64,000 nt of DNA, from assembly GCA_965262115.1 (NCBI GenBank), contig OZ253496.1, positions 832,001 to 896,000 of the forward strand, written 5' to 3'. Below are positions 48,391 through 58,847 of the stretch, one piece after another. Under the pieces are notes generated by a model. The model ran no database searches, was not told where the DNA came from, and saw nothing but the letters and a program-made list of their open reading frames with translations. Position 1 is the first letter of the stretch, and each line of letters opens with the position of its first letter. Source of the stretch: Nitrospinales bacterium (GTDB lineage Bacteria > Nitrospinota > Nitrospinia > Nitrospinales > VA-1). Position numbers and translations under genes: made by a program.

Positions 48391-49464
48391 ATGATGGATA
48401 CACAAAAAATTGTTATTGCTATGAGCGGTGGGGTAGACAGCTCCGTGGCTGCCGCGATCATGAAGGAACGCGGATACGAGGCGATTGGGGTTTCTCTGCA
48501 GTTGTGGAACTATTCCAATTCGGATAACCGGTTCGGCACCTGTTGTTCTCTCGATGATATGGCCGATGCCCGACGGGTGGCAGAGCGGGTCGGCATTCCT
48601 TTTTACATCCTCAACATGGAAAAAAAGTTTAAGGAAGAGGTGGTGGACTATTTCATCTCGGAGTACATGCAGGCGAGGACACCGATTCCCTGCACACTGT
48701 GCAACCAGAAACTGAAATTTGAAGAGTTGATCCACAAGGCTGAGTCGTTTGGAATTCGGCGCGTTGCTACCGGACATTACGCCTCCATCGTCAAGCATTT
48801 TTCCGGGAACCTAATGGTACGCCGGGGCCGGGACCGGTTTAAAGACCAGAGTTATTTTCTGTTCAACTTGTCGCAGGAACAACTGGCGCGGCTGGAGTTT
48901 CCGCTCGGTGACATGGATAAAAAAGAAGTGCGCGAACGCGCCCGGCAACTAGGATTGAACGTGGCCGAAAAAGCCGAGTCGCATGAAATCTGTTTCATTC
49001 CTGATAACGACTACCCCCGGTTCATCGCCAAACAGTTAAACGGCCAAGCCCTGCAGGAGGGAGAGATCGTCAACTCCGCAGGCAAAGTTCTGGGCAAGCA
49101 TCCGGGTTACCCGGCGTTCACCATCGGGCAGAGAAAAGGGCTTAACCTTGGCGGCCTCAAGGAACCCCATTTTGTGACGCATATTGACCCGGTGCAAAAC
49201 CGCATTACCGTTGGCCCCAAGCACGAACTGGCCCAACCCGACTGCACGGTGAACCAGGTAAAATGGAGCCTGGAATTTTCCGGTCCATTGCGCGCCGATG
49301 TGCAGGTCCGTTACCGACACCAGGGGGTCCCCGCAACCGTGACACCGCTTGACGGCTTGCGGGCAAAGATCGAGTTTGACGAGCCGCAGATTTCCATCGC
49401 GCCCGGCCAGTCCGCCGTATTTTATCAGGATGACTGCGTAGTCGGCGGTGGGTGGCTGGAGTGA
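48391..49464 (+). CDS. mnmA: tRNA 2-thiouridylase
   Basis: MSGGVDS, TPIPC, ATGHY, KDQSYFL, EICF, PGQ. Confidence 0.97.
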   Translation: MMDTQKIVIAMSGGVDSSVAAAIMKERGYEAIGVSLQLWNYSNSDNRFGTCCSLDDMADARRVAERVGIPFYILNMEKKFKEEVVDYFISEYMQARTPIPCTLCNQKLKFEELIHKAESFGIRRVATGHYASIVKHFSGNLMVRRGRDRFKDQSYFLFNLSQEQLARLEFPLGDMDKKEVRERARQLGLNVAEKAESHEICFIPDNDYPRFIAKQLNGQALQEGEIVNSAGKVLGKHPGYPAFTIGQRKGLNLGGLKEPHFVTHIDPVQNRITVGPKHELAQPDCTVNQVKWSLEFSGPLRADVQVRYRHQGVPATVTPLDGLRAKIEFDEPQISIAPGQSAVFYQDDCVVGGGWLE

Positions 49465-50234
49465 GCGAAGCGGTTCAAGTGGCGGTTGAAGCCGCTTTAG
49501 CCGCCGGAAAAATCCTGCGCGAACGAAAGGACTCCATCGGGAAAATATCTTACAAAGAATTTTATGATCCCGTCACAGAAGTCGATCTCCTCTGCGAGCA
49601 GACGATTATCTCCCGCATCAAAAAAACCTTTCCCGAACACGATATTCTGGCCGAAGAGTCCGGTAGCACCCAAGGCAACTCGTCAACAAGCAAATGGATC
49701 ATTGACCCACTCGATGGCACTTTGAACTATTCCCACGGTTATCCCTGTTATTGCGTTTCGATCGGATTGGAACACGAAGGCCAGTTGGAAGTCGGTGTGG
49801 TGTACAACCCCTGCCTGGACGAGTTGTTCGTTGCCGAACGAGGCAAAGAGGCCAGCCTCAATAACAAGCCCATCAAGGTTTCCACCATCCCAACATTAAA
49901 AGAAAGTCTGCTCGTTACAGGTTTTCATCCCAAAGTGGTCAATTCTCTGGATGACAACTTAAACCATTTTTGCCGGTTCATGAAATTGTGTCAGGCGGTG
50001 CGCCGTCCCGGCTCCGCCGCCATGGACATGGTATATACAGCGATGGGCCGGTTCGAAGGGTTCTGGGAGATCAAACTCAGTCCCTGGGATGTCGCGGGGG
50101 GCGCGTTGATCGTGACAGAAGCCGGGGGCACCTTGTCGAAGTTTGATGGAAGCCCGACAACGATTTACGATGAGGAAATCCTGGTCAGCAACGGCCTCAT
50201 CCATCAGGAGATGGTCGACGTTCTCCGCCAGTAG
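49461..50234 (+). CDS. suhB: Inositol monophosphatase
   Basis: WIIDPLDGT, WDVAGG...EAGG. Confidence 0.9.
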   Translation: MSEAVQVAVEAALAAGKILRERKDSIGKISYKEFYDPVTEVDLLCEQTIISRIKKTFPEHDILAEESGSTQGNSSTSKWIIDPLDGTLNYSHGYPCYCVSIGLEHEGQLEVGVVYNPCLDELFVAERGKEASLNNKPIKVSTIPTLKESLLVTGFHPKVVNSLDDNLNHFCRFMKLCQAVRRPGSAAMDMVYTAMGRFEGFWEIKLSPWDVAGGALIVTEAGGTLSKFDGSPTTIYDEEILVSNGLIHQEMVDVLRQ

Positions 50235-50292
50235 GCGTGGAGCTGTGATATCCCTTCATTAGCTTTCGCCCTTTCTACCCCGGCGGGGCATG
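50228..50292 (+). repeat. Composite repeat supplying the suhB stop codon
   Basis: CCAGTAGGCGTGGAGCTGTGATATC...TACCCCGGCGGGGCATG. Confidence 0.7.
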
Positions 50293-50316
50293 GAGGCTAG
50301 AGGGCCTGCCTTTATC

Positions 50317-50928
50317 ATGAAAATTTTATTTCTACTAATCCTAATTACTATCGGAGGATGCCAGACCGTCCCGGAAAAGGACTGCGTTGGTTGCGCCCAT
50401 GACCTCTATCTATGGAAAACGGCGGTGGACACCGTTGCCAAGGCCAACTTCCCCAACGAGGAATTTAACGCCGTGGTGCATTACACAGATTTTTCCAATG
50501 CCTGGGTGACCACGGGAAACGATGTCCATATCACCGATGATCTTCTGTTTCAATTAACGCCAGAGCAGAGAGTGGCCGTGGCGGCACACGAAATCGGCCA
50601 TTTAAAAGCAGGCCATTATTATTCCAGCATGGGAGTTTCGATTCTTACATCCATCGCCTTTTCGGTGGCCAATGTGTTTGTGCCGGGGGTGGGCTATGCC
50701 GAGTATCTGGTGAAACCGGTTGTCGTTGGCGGGTTCTCCCGCCCACAGGAACTGGAGGCCGATGTACCGCCTCACCATTTGATTGAAGTGTTTCAGGTTT
50801 TCCGTAAGGTGTCTGGAGGCAAGTCCGATGAGGCCAGCTATTTTTCCACCCATCCGACCACGAGCGAACGCATCAAGCAGATAGAAAGTTTTTACAAAGT
50901 ATCTGAACCTCAGGTGGAGGAAAACTAA
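50317..50928 (+). CDS. M48 family metallopeptidase lipoprotein, possibly with a short internal deletion
   Basis: Lipobox IGGC; NAW, AHEIGH, ELEAD, STHP..ERI. Confidence 0.85.
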   Translation: MKILFLLILITIGGCQTVPEKDCVGCAHDLYLWKTAVDTVAKANFPNEEFNAVVHYTDFSNAWVTTGNDVHITDDLLFQLTPEQRVAVAAHEIGHLKAGHYYSSMGVSILTSIAFSVANVFVPGVGYAEYLVKPVVVGGFSRPQELEADVPPHHLIEVFQVFRKVSGGKSDEASYFSTHPTTSERIKQIESFYKVSEPQVEEN

Positions 50929-52847
50929 TCTTTTTCAGCGGCGTCCGGTTTCACCAAATAGGTGTATCCGCTCAGCCCCGCCTTATAGAGATCGAGAAAA
51001 TCATCGGCTTCTTGTTGCGTGACCACGCCCCGTTGCACACACCCGATCAGGAAACCATCTATGCGCCCTGCAAGTTCATCGGCGCTGAACTGCACATAGT
51101 CTAGAACATCCGTCACATCTTCCCCTTCAATGATCTGCTCGTAGTTCACCGATCCGTCTTCTTTAATTGAAACGTGAACCGTATTGGTATCGCCAAACAG
51201 GTTGTGCAGGTCTCCCAAAATTTCCTGGTACGCTCCAGTGAGAAAAATGCAAAGGGAATAGCTTTCTTCGGGTTTGAGGGAATGCACTCTCATGGTGTTT
51301 TCGGTTCCACGGTGGTTGCCGATGAAATTGTCTATCCTTCCATCTGAATCGCAGGTGAGGTCTTCCAGCGTTGCGTCGCGGTTGGGTTCTTCATTCAGGC
51401 GGTGCAGGGGCACAACCGGAAACACCTGGTCAATCGCCCATGAGTCGGGCACCGATTGGAACACAGAAAAATTGCAGAAATATTTGTCTGCCAGCTTGGT
51501 TTTAAGAGAGCGGATATCATCTGGCAGGAATTTCAGCCGGGAACCCAGTTTTTCAATTTTCCGGCAAATCCCCCAGTAAATACGTTCGGCCACAGCTCGG
51601 TCGGCTAGGGAAATCAAGCCGAGTAGAAACTTATTCTGCACCTCCTCTTTCAGGTGCACGGCATCATGCCACGACTCGATAAGGTTTTTGTTGGAGGTGG
51701 AGTCGAGCACATCAAAAATTTCTTTCACCACTTCAGGCGCATCATCGGCAATTTCAATCTGGTCACTCCATTCCGGAAAGCTGGTCACATCCAGCACGTT
51801 CACAACAAGAATAGAGTGATGTGCTGTCATGGCACGACCCGATTCCGAAATGATATTCGGGTGCGGCAGGTCTTCTGCCCGACAAATTTCCAGAAGGTGA
51901 TAGACCACATCGTTGGCATATTCCTGCACTGAATAATTGGTGCTGGACGCGAAGGTAGACCGCGACCCGTCGTAGTCAACACCCAACCCACCGCCCACAT
52001 CTATATACTGAATATTGCACCCAAACTTCATCAATTCAGAATAGAACCGCCCCACTTCTTTCAGGATGTTTTTGATTCTGCGGATATTAGTGATCTGACT
52101 TCCCAGATGAAAGTGAATCAGTTTGACACAATCGAGGATATTTTTATTTTTGGCGATTTCCAGGGCTTCCATAAGTTCCATCGTGTTCAATCCGAACTTG
52201 GAATATTCCCCAGCTGAGGAGGACCAACGCCCCTGCCCCGCACTCACCAGCTTGATGCGGAGTCCGATATTAGGTTGCACTCCCAGTTCCCCGGCTACTT
52301 TCTCGATCAACGTCAGCTCATCAAGTTTCTCCACAACGATGAATACCTTTTTACCCAGCTTCTGGCTCATCAATGCCAGACGAATAAAAGCTTCATCTTT
52401 ATAGCCATTGCAGATCAGCAAGGCTTCCGGGTTGTCGAGGATGGCGAGTATGGCGTGCAGTTCTGGTTTGGACCCGGCTTCCAGTCCAATATTGTAAGGC
52501 TGTCCGAATCTTACAATCTCTTCCACCACCTGCCTTTGCTGGTTAACCTTGATGGGGTAGACCCCGTGATACCGGCCCTCAAAACCATATTCCTCCATGG
52601 AGTTTTGAAATGAGTTGGCAAGATTGGCGATACTGGCTTTAAGAATATCTGAAAATCGAATCAACACCGGCAGAGAATATCCCTTAGACTGGATATCATC
52701 GACCAGTTCCTTGAGATCAATATGATGCGCGCTCTTCCTGTCGGGGCGCACAACAATATTGCCCTTGGAATTGATGTCGAAATAACCCGCTCCCCAACCA
52801 TTAATGTTGTAATGTTCGTGGGCTTCGTCGATGGTCCATTTCGTCAT
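50925..52847 (-). CDS. speA: Biosynthetic arginine decarboxylase
   Basis: YPIKVNQ, GLEAGSKPE, HFHLGSQ, DVGGGLG, TCDSDG, GAYQE. Confidence 0.97.
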   Translation of the reverse strand: MTKWTIDEAHEHYNINGWGAGYFDINSKGNIVVRPDRKSAHHIDLKELVDDIQSKGYSLPVLIRFSDILKASIANLANSFQNSMEEYGFEGRYHGVYPIKVNQQRQVVEEIVRFGQPYNIGLEAGSKPELHAILAILDNPEALLICNGYKDEAFIRLALMSQKLGKKVFIVVEKLDELTLIEKVAGELGVQPNIGLRIKLVSAGQGRWSSSAGEYSKFGLNTMELMEALEIAKNKNILDCVKLIHFHLGSQITNIRRIKNILKEVGRFYSELMKFGCNIQYIDVGGGLGVDYDGSRSTFASSTNYSVQEYANDVVYHLLEICRAEDLPHPNIISESGRAMTAHHSILVVNVLDVTSFPEWSDQIEIADDAPEVVKEIFDVLDSTSNKNLIESWHDAVHLKEEVQNKFLLGLISLADRAVAERIYWGICRKIEKLGSRLKFLPDDIRSLKTKLADKYFCNFSVFQSVPDSWAIDQVFPVVPLHRLNEEPNRDATLEDLTCDSDGRIDNFIGNHRGTENTMRVHSLKPEESYSLCIFLTGAYQEILGDLHNLFGDTNTVHVSIKEDGSVNYEQIIEGEDVTDVLDYVQFSADELAGRIDGFLIGCVQRGVVTQQEADDFLDLYKAGLSGYTYLVKPDAAEKD

Positions 52848-52993
52848 AACACAATTGCTCTCTAAAATTTTATCTACTGCTAGTCGCAGGGGCAACTGGC
52901 ATGAGCTCTTTCAGCCGAGATAACTCTTTGCTAGCAGAAAAAGTTATTGCTAATTTCCTCAAGGCGTAGCCTTGTTGCTATTTGTACTCCTTC

Positions 52994-53049
52994 TACCCCT
53001 TCGAGGCATAAAAGATAATGAGAGGATATCACAGCCCCCCGCCTAGTGG
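52994..53049 (-). repeat. Composite repeat, modules A+B, between speA and lysA
   Basis: CCACTAGGCGGGGGGCTGTGATATC...ATGCCTCGAAGGGGTA. Confidence 0.8.
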
Positions 53050-53146
53050 AATGTCAATTGAAAACAAAGGCATTCTTTGATTCGCCAACCTGTGCTATAA
53101 AATCTGGGTTATATTGTTGAGTCCATTTATGGAGCAGAAAATATTC

Positions 53147-54391
53147 ATGAAAATTGAAAATGTGGAAGTGCGGGACATCGCCGGAGAATTCGGAACCCCC
53201 GTTTATGTATACAGTATGGAACACCTTCGCCGTTCGATTGGCGAGATCAAGCAATTGGCCCCTGTTACCCGTTACGCCATGAAGGCCAATTCCAATATCC
53301 GCATTCTCAAGGAAATGCTCGACAACGGGGTCAAAATTGACGCGGTCAGTGTTTTTGAAGTGCAACGCGCGCTTCGCGCGGGATTTAGCACCGACGACAT
53401 CTGCTTCACCAGCGATGTCTTTTTCAACGATGAGGATGTGAAGTTCTGTCTTGAAAACAATATTTACTGCAATTGCGGCACATTGGGGATGGTCGAGGAA
53501 TATGGCAAGGCCCTAAAAGCTACGGGCTCCGGCTCCTCAAAAATTTCAATCCGGATCAACCCCGGCGAAGGCGCCGGCCATTCTAAAAAAACCAATACCG
53601 GCGGCCCCTACAGTAAGCACGGAATCTGGTACCAGAACCTGGATGAGGTGAAACGGTTATTAAGAGAATACGACTTGACCTTGTCCGGCGTACATATGCA
53701 CATCGGGTCTGGCGGCGATATGGAACACCTCAAACGTATCACCGGAAAACTAGTGAAATTCGCCAAACAGTTTGAAGAGGTGGAAACCGTCAACTTTGGC
53801 GGAGGGCTGCCCTACCAATATGATCCCGACCAACCGCAGGAAGATATTTCCGGATACAAAACCATTCTCGAAGAACGTGCAAAGCTATTGAAGGACCATT
53901 TTGGTCGGGACATTGTCTGCGAAATCGAACCGGGCAGAAGGTTCGTGGCGGGTTGTGGGACCCTGATCGGAGAAGTTCGCTCTCTCAATCACACCTTCGA
54001 TGAAGAGGGAAAACGTATCGACTATGTGTTGACGAATGTCGGCTTCTGCCATCTCCTCCGCCCCATGGCGTATGGATCGTTTCATCCTATCTGGTTTGTC
54101 GGTGATGACCTTGGGCCAGAACAAGATCTCATCGTGGCCGGGCCGGTTTGTGAATCCGGAGACGTGTTAACCCAAAAAGATGAAGAACCGGTAGCCCGCA
54201 CACTGCCCATGCCGAAACCAGGGGACTGCATCGTGATCGGTGGAGCCGGGGCTTACGGTCACGTCATGTCCTCAAACTACAATTCCCAGCCGCTCATCCC
54301 CGAAGTGGTGGTCGAAGGCAACCGGTGCGTGCAGACCCGAAGCCGCCAGACACTTGATGATATCCTGCAGTCGGAAAACCAGACTGATTAA
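53147..54391 (+). CDS. lysA: Diaminopimelate decarboxylase
   Basis: GTPVYVY, YAMKAN, HMHIGSG, EPGR, GPVCESGD, GAYG..MSSNYN. Confidence 0.95.
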   Translation: MKIENVEVRDIAGEFGTPVYVYSMEHLRRSIGEIKQLAPVTRYAMKANSNIRILKEMLDNGVKIDAVSVFEVQRALRAGFSTDDICFTSDVFFNDEDVKFCLENNIYCNCGTLGMVEEYGKALKATGSGSSKISIRINPGEGAGHSKKTNTGGPYSKHGIWYQNLDEVKRLLREYDLTLSGVHMHIGSGGDMEHLKRITGKLVKFAKQFEEVETVNFGGGLPYQYDPDQPQEDISGYKTILEERAKLLKDHFGRDIVCEIEPGRRFVAGCGTLIGEVRSLNHTFDEEGKRIDYVLTNVGFCHLLRPMAYGSFHPIWFVGDDLGPEQDLIVAGPVCESGDVLTQKDEEPVARTLPMPKPGDCIVIGGAGAYGHVMSSNYNSQPLIPEVVVEGNRCVQTRSRQTLDDILQSENQTD

Positions 54392-54411
54392 CCTCTTTTT
54401 TGTTGGCCTCT

Positions 54412-54717
54412 TTAAAACAACGGGTCTATTTTCTCGGCCATCTGCACATCGGCGAGAGTGACCCCTCTTGTCGTGTGGGTCCAGTAGCGGATGGTGATGC
54501 GTTTATAGTTGATGATGATGTCCGGGTGATGATTGTTGTCTTCCGCTGCTTCGGCGATCTTACCCACAAAATCAATCCCTTCCATGAATTTGGAGGCGTG
54601 GTGGACCCGCTCGATGTAAGGCACCCCTTTTTCGTTCTTGCCGGTTTTCCATTCTGGCGCCATCTCTTTCAACTTTTCTTCCAGCTCCTGTTCAGTCAGG
54701 GCAATCTTTTCTACCAT
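54412..54717 (-). CDS. Pterin-4-alpha-carbinolamine dehydratase
   Basis: AEDNNHHPDI, WTH..GVT..D. Confidence 0.9.
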   Translation of the reverse strand: MVEKIALTEQELEEKLKEMAPEWKTGKNEKGVPYIERVHHASKFMEGIDFVGKIAEAAEDNNHHPDIIINYKRITIRYWTHTTRGVTLADVQMAEKIDPLF

Positions 54718-54763
54718 TTTCAAACTCCATAAATTTATATCTGGCGCAGACCGGGTTTGACAA

Positions 54764-55009
54764 TCAAACAAGTTTGTCCAGTTTTTTACGCAAGGTGGTT
54801 TCGTGCGCCTTGTATACAAAACTTTCTTCGCCATTGATGCGCACCACCGGAATGCGCTCCTTATAAGATTCAAACAACACGGGATCAGATTCAATATCCG
54901 TCAGGGTCAGGACCGCTGGATAATCGGCAAGCACCCGCTCAACAATAGCCTTCGCGTCATCGCAAAGACAGCAATCTTTTTTGGTCAGAATTTCTATATT
55001 GATACTCAT
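54764..55009 (-). CDS. Glutaredoxin-like protein (DUF836)
   Basis: CCLCDDA...DI...Y..RIPVV. Confidence 0.85.
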   Translation of the reverse strand: MSINIEILTKKDCCLCDDAKAIVERVLADYPAVLTLTDIESDPVLFESYKERIPVVRINGEESFVYKAHETTLRKKLDKLV

Positions 55010-55101
55010 CGACTGCTCGCCGCAGGGGCAAAATTTATATCCAGAGGGCTAACCAATATATCTTACAGTAAACCGCCCTATTCCCTCCGGGCGTGGCCCG
55101 G

Positions 55102-56115
55102 TTACATGGAGTGGGTCATGGTTGTAATTTTCCCCCAGATAATGAGGCAGGTGAACAACAGGATGAATCCAACCAGAACCGTCATTGCCAACGGTCGTTT
55201 CTTCCAATACCTCTCTTTATTTTGATCGACGAAGGGAATGGCGGCCAGAAACAAAATGATCAACGGAGGAGCGACAATCATAAAAGGCACCCACAGGTTT
55301 TCCAAAGCATATATCCAGACAAACTGCCACGGCGGCTTGGTCACTTCCAGTCCCAGCACCGGTTCTTCTCCCAGTGGTGGAGCAATGGTGAGCGCCAGCA
55401 GGCAGATCAACAGGAACACCCCCGCTCCCGCTCTTTGCAGATATGCCATGTGCCGGGTAAAAGACATGTCTTTACTTTTTTCCTGCGCTTCGGGCAGAGG
55501 CGACAGCTTGTGGAATTTAACGTAGAACAGGTGTAGTCCCACCATCAACAAAGTGATGATCGGGAGCAATGATATATGAGCCATATAAATCCGGTTTAAC
55601 AGCGGCACTCCCGGCGCAAATTCTTCGGTCAGTGGAAAGCCAAAAATGCCGATTTGCTCTGCCACCCAGAGAAAATGCGCCAGGGCTTCATAGGCTTCCT
55701 GATCCCACTTGATAACCGTGCCCGTAAACAGCAAGGTCACCATCAGCAGCATCAGGCCGATTCCTATCAACCAGTTTATTTCGCGGGGATTTTTATAGGA
55801 TGCGGTAAAAAAGACACGTATCACATGCAGAGTCATGGTCACAGTCAGCACTTCCGCCGCCCAGAAATGAATGCCGCGCAGAAACCAGCCCAAATAAACC
55901 TGATCGACCAGGTAATGCAGGCTCTGGTTGGCGCGTTCGGGGTCGGGCACAAAAAACTGTGCCAGCAAAATTCCACTGAGAACCAGAACCGTGAAGGACG
56001 ACAGGGTCATTCCCCCAAGAGAGTATTTTATGGAGTTGGCGTGTTCTGGAATGTCGTATTCAAGAAGCTGAAAGCCTAGCCGGTCTTGCAAAATTTTTGA
56101 AAGTCCGTTAGCCAT
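55102..56115 (-). CDS. Cytochrome b (bc/b6 family) with no adjacent Rieske or c1 subunit
   Basis: RGIHFWAA...[19 protein letters not shown]...LHL; KPPWQF in place of PEWY. Confidence 0.9.
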   Translation of the reverse strand: MANGLSKILQDRLGFQLLEYDIPEHANSIKYSLGGMTLSSFTVLVLSGILLAQFFVPDPERANQSLHYLVDQVYLGWFLRGIHFWAAEVLTVTMTLHVIRVFFTASYKNPREINWLIGIGLMLLMVTLLFTGTVIKWDQEAYEALAHFLWVAEQIGIFGFPLTEEFAPGVPLLNRIYMAHISLLPIITLLMVGLHLFYVKFHKLSPLPEAQEKSKDMSFTRHMAYLQRAGAGVFLLICLLALTIAPPLGEEPVLGLEVTKPPWQFVWIYALENLWVPFMIVAPPLIILFLAAIPFVDQNKERYWKKRPLAMTVLVGFILLFTCLIIWGKITTMTHSM

Positions 56116-56119
56116 CAGG

Positions 56120-56551
56120 TCATTCTCCCGGCCGCAGGTAAGTGAGACCGGCAAAAGCTAAGCCAGCAAACAGGGTGATGCCGACAGCAGTTCCAAACCC
56201 CTTGCTGGATGAAGAAACCCTCTCATGGTGAGAAAGCTCGACCTGAGCCTCCTGATGCTCGCTATGATTTCCCTCCATTTTCATACCCCCCATGGGCATA
56301 GGATCAGGCGAGGCTAGCTCATCTTGTGTGAACAAATCGGTGGGGGAAAACATATTATCGAGGCCGTTATCGGAGTCCGAAAGGGGGTTGACCTCTTTAG
56401 CAGAGTACATTGGGTCTATGGCCGCAGGTTCTTCCGCTTTTTTTTCCACAGACTTGTGGCCTCCACCATGTGCGAATGCTTCCTGAATTGGAAGCAGGAA
56501 GAAGGCCGCCAGAAAAACTACCGATGCAAGACAAAATTTATTCACGATCAA
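56120..56551 (-). CDS. Exported His/Met-rich protein with C-terminal TM anchor
   Basis: Signal [23 protein letters not shown]; hydrophobic C-terminus. Confidence 0.75.
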   Translation of the reverse strand: MIVNKFCLASVVFLAAFFLLPIQEAFAHGGGHKSVEKKAEEPAAIDPMYSAKEVNPLSDSDNGLDNMFSPTDLFTQDELASPDPMPMGGMKMEGNHSEHQEAQVELSHHERVSSSSKGFGTAVGITLFAGLAFAGLTYLRPGE

Positions 56552-57111
56552 CTCCCGAGCACCATTTGAGAAAAGGCCTCCAGAGTTTCTTCGTTGGCCC
56601 AGTCTCGTGGGCCAATCGCCTTATGGACAATGAGGCCCTCTCGATTGACGATAAAGGTTTCAGGAACACCGGTGGTCTTATAAACTTTTTTAGCGATTTC
56701 GCTTTCGGGATCGAGCAACACCGGGAAAGTCAGATTGAATTTTTTCATGAATGGCTCAATCAAACTCTGATCTTTATCCACGCTGATGGTGAGCATCTCG
56801 AATCCGAAGTCTTTATATTTTCGGTACAGTTTTTCCATCGAAGGCATTTCCACTTCGCAAGTTCCGCACCAGGTCGCCCAGAAGTTGATGAACACCACTT
56901 TGCCGCGATAGTCGGAAAGCTTCACCTTTCCTCCCGCCAAAGTAGACAGTTCAAATTCGGGAGATATAAATGCCTCTGCCGGATATTCGGTTTCAAAGGG
57001 TTTTAACTCCACCTTATTGAGCGACATCACAAACACAGACAAAAGCGCCGCAACCATAAAGGTGTAGGGAATATAAATGCTGATGGGTTTATCCTGAGCT
57101 ACGTTTTCCAT
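56548..57111 (-). CDS. TlpA/ResA family thiol-disulfide reductase
   Basis: NFWATWCGTC..EMP, GVPETF. Confidence 0.9.
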   Translation of the reverse strand: MENVAQDKPISIYIPYTFMVAALLSVFVMSLNKVELKPFETEYPAEAFISPEFELSTLAGGKVKLSDYRGKVVFINFWATWCGTCEVEMPSMEKLYRKYKDFGFEMLTISVDKDQSLIEPFMKKFNLTFPVLLDPESEIAKKVYKTTGVPETFIVNREGLIVHKAIGPRDWANEETLEAFSQMVLGS

Positions 57112-57120
57112 GATTTTTTT

Positions 57121-57570
57121 TTAAGTTCTGCGATAAGGCCGATAAAACTTTTTGTCCACGGCAATTACAATTTCGTCCAGGGTCTTTCCCTGATTATACA
57201 ATTCATAGGCGTAAAACACTTCTCCCAGGCAGATATCGCATTTAGAACCGTGCTTGTTCGTGTAACAGGTCAGCAGGGTTTTATGCCCATGATTCTTTTT
57301 ACAGTAGCAATAACAAAACAGGCTGTCGATCACCTTGGGAATTTCGGCGGCGATGCGGTAGGCTTTCGCCACTCGCCCCGTGAACGAGGCATCGGGCATG
57401 ATCGGGCGGGTTTCAATCAAAAATCCCGTTGCCGGAGCCACCGGCTGAGCCTTCGGCTTGGTCCCGACATAAACACCTCCCACTATCAGGCAGACCAGAA
57501 GACCCAACGCGATAAATGAAATACGTTTTTTACTCATTGATGAGGTTCTGCCAGATTTTTTCTTACCCAT
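57121..57570 (-). CDS. PCYCGC-motif family membrane-anchored protein
   Basis: LFCYCYC...GHKTLLTCY...HGSKCDIC. Confidence 0.8.
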   Translation of the reverse strand: MGKKKSGRTSSMSKKRISFIALGLLVCLIVGGVYVGTKPKAQPVAPATGFLIETRPIMPDASFTGRVAKAYRIAAEIPKVIDSLFCYCYCKKNHGHKTLLTCYTNKHGSKCDICLGEVFYAYELYNQGKTLDEIVIAVDKKFYRPYRRT

Positions 57571-57790
57571 ACGGAGTACCTCCGTTAGCAACTTGCAATA
57601 TATTTATCGTGCATCCAAACGGCTTCTCGGCTCAATGAGTCATTGCTTACTGGCCCTGTTATATCCGCTCCTCAGCTCTCATGCCCCGGAAAGGGGTACA
57701 CACTTAGTGGGGATTATATGGACTGCTGAACCTCAATTCAACTCAATTCCCCGCCATCCACCGAGGACAGAGTTTTCCCGCCCCACAGCA

Positions 57791-58591
57791 TCACAATTGA
57801 GTGTCTGTGAATTCAATATGGGATGCAGCCTTGACCAACTGGTCAGAGTTTTTCCATTGCAACTTGTCCTGGGGGATGAGAAAGTCGCCTTCGGCGTTGC
57901 GGAAGGGGCGCCACTCCCGGTCCAGATAAACCTCATTAGGCCTGAAGCTTGCCTTATAGACCAAGGATGCATTGTCGGAAATATAATAACCGAGATAAAA
58001 ATATTTGATCCGGCTCGTGAGGGCATATTCCATCTGCTTCAATACGCTGAAAGTTCCCAGGCTCATTTTTTTGTCGGGAACCTGATAAAAAGTATAAATA
58101 GCGGAAAAAGACTGGGATGTTCTGTCGCCTAGCGCCACGCCAATGAGCTTTCCATCAAGATAGTATTCGAACTCAATTCCAAAAGGCGTGTTGACATAAA
58201 AAGACAGTCGGAAATTTTGTTCGTCTTCCACATCATCCTGCAGGGAAAAAAATCTTTCCTTGTGAATGAGGTAAAGCTCAAATTTCTCATGAGTATATTG
58301 CGGGACACCAATCTTGACCTCCACACCCTTACAGGAAGCCAAAGCCCGTTTCTGGTTACGAGTCATTTTGAAATTCTCGATCCGCACCCGGATGGGAATG
58401 CACTGGTAGCAGTCCTGACAGCGGGGACGAAAAAAGTAATCCCCGAAATGGCGCATGCCATGAGCCAACAGGTATTCAAATTCCACCTCTGAGACATCTT
58501 CAAGCAGGTACTCCTCGAACAGGGATTTTCTATCCTTAAAATACCCGCATTGAAATGATCTGGAATCTATAAAATGGGCTAACATATTCAC
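57791..58591 (-). CDS. ATE-family aminoacyl-tRNA--protein transferase (Bpt-like)
   Basis: CGY, RPRC..CYQCIPIR, SAIYTFY, SLGTFSVL, YLGYYI, YK. Confidence 0.9.
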   Translation of the reverse strand: MNMLAHFIDSRSFQCGYFKDRKSLFEEYLLEDVSEVEFEYLLAHGMRHFGDYFFRPRCQDCYQCIPIRVRIENFKMTRNQKRALASCKGVEVKIGVPQYTHEKFELYLIHKERFFSLQDDVEDEQNFRLSFYVNTPFGIEFEYYLDGKLIGVALGDRTSQSFSAIYTFYQVPDKKMSLGTFSVLKQMEYALTSRIKYFYLGYYISDNASLVYKASFRPNEVYLDREWRPFRNAEGDFLIPQDKLQWKNSDQLVKAASHIEFTDTQL

Positions 58592-58847
58592 TTCCCCCCG
58601 CTGAGTGGAGGGGAATCCTCAAATTAAGTATCTATGATCTCATTATTCTATAATACTTTACTGTCAGATGACAAATCAGGATAAGAGACCTATATGCCTG
58701 ATATCCATTTTCAGCCCCACGATGGTCGTGAGGTTTGAAATTCTGCCCGTTTTATGATTAACTTTCCTCGCGTGGGCAGGACCCAAACAGCACAGAAACT
58801 TCAATAAACGCAAAAGTTACTCCCTTCCCTTGTGGAGATATATCGGT

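Noticed and set aside
14748..53049. CRISPR array from the recurring palindromes
   Set aside because: Copies are dispersed, not regularly spaced, and there are no cas genes
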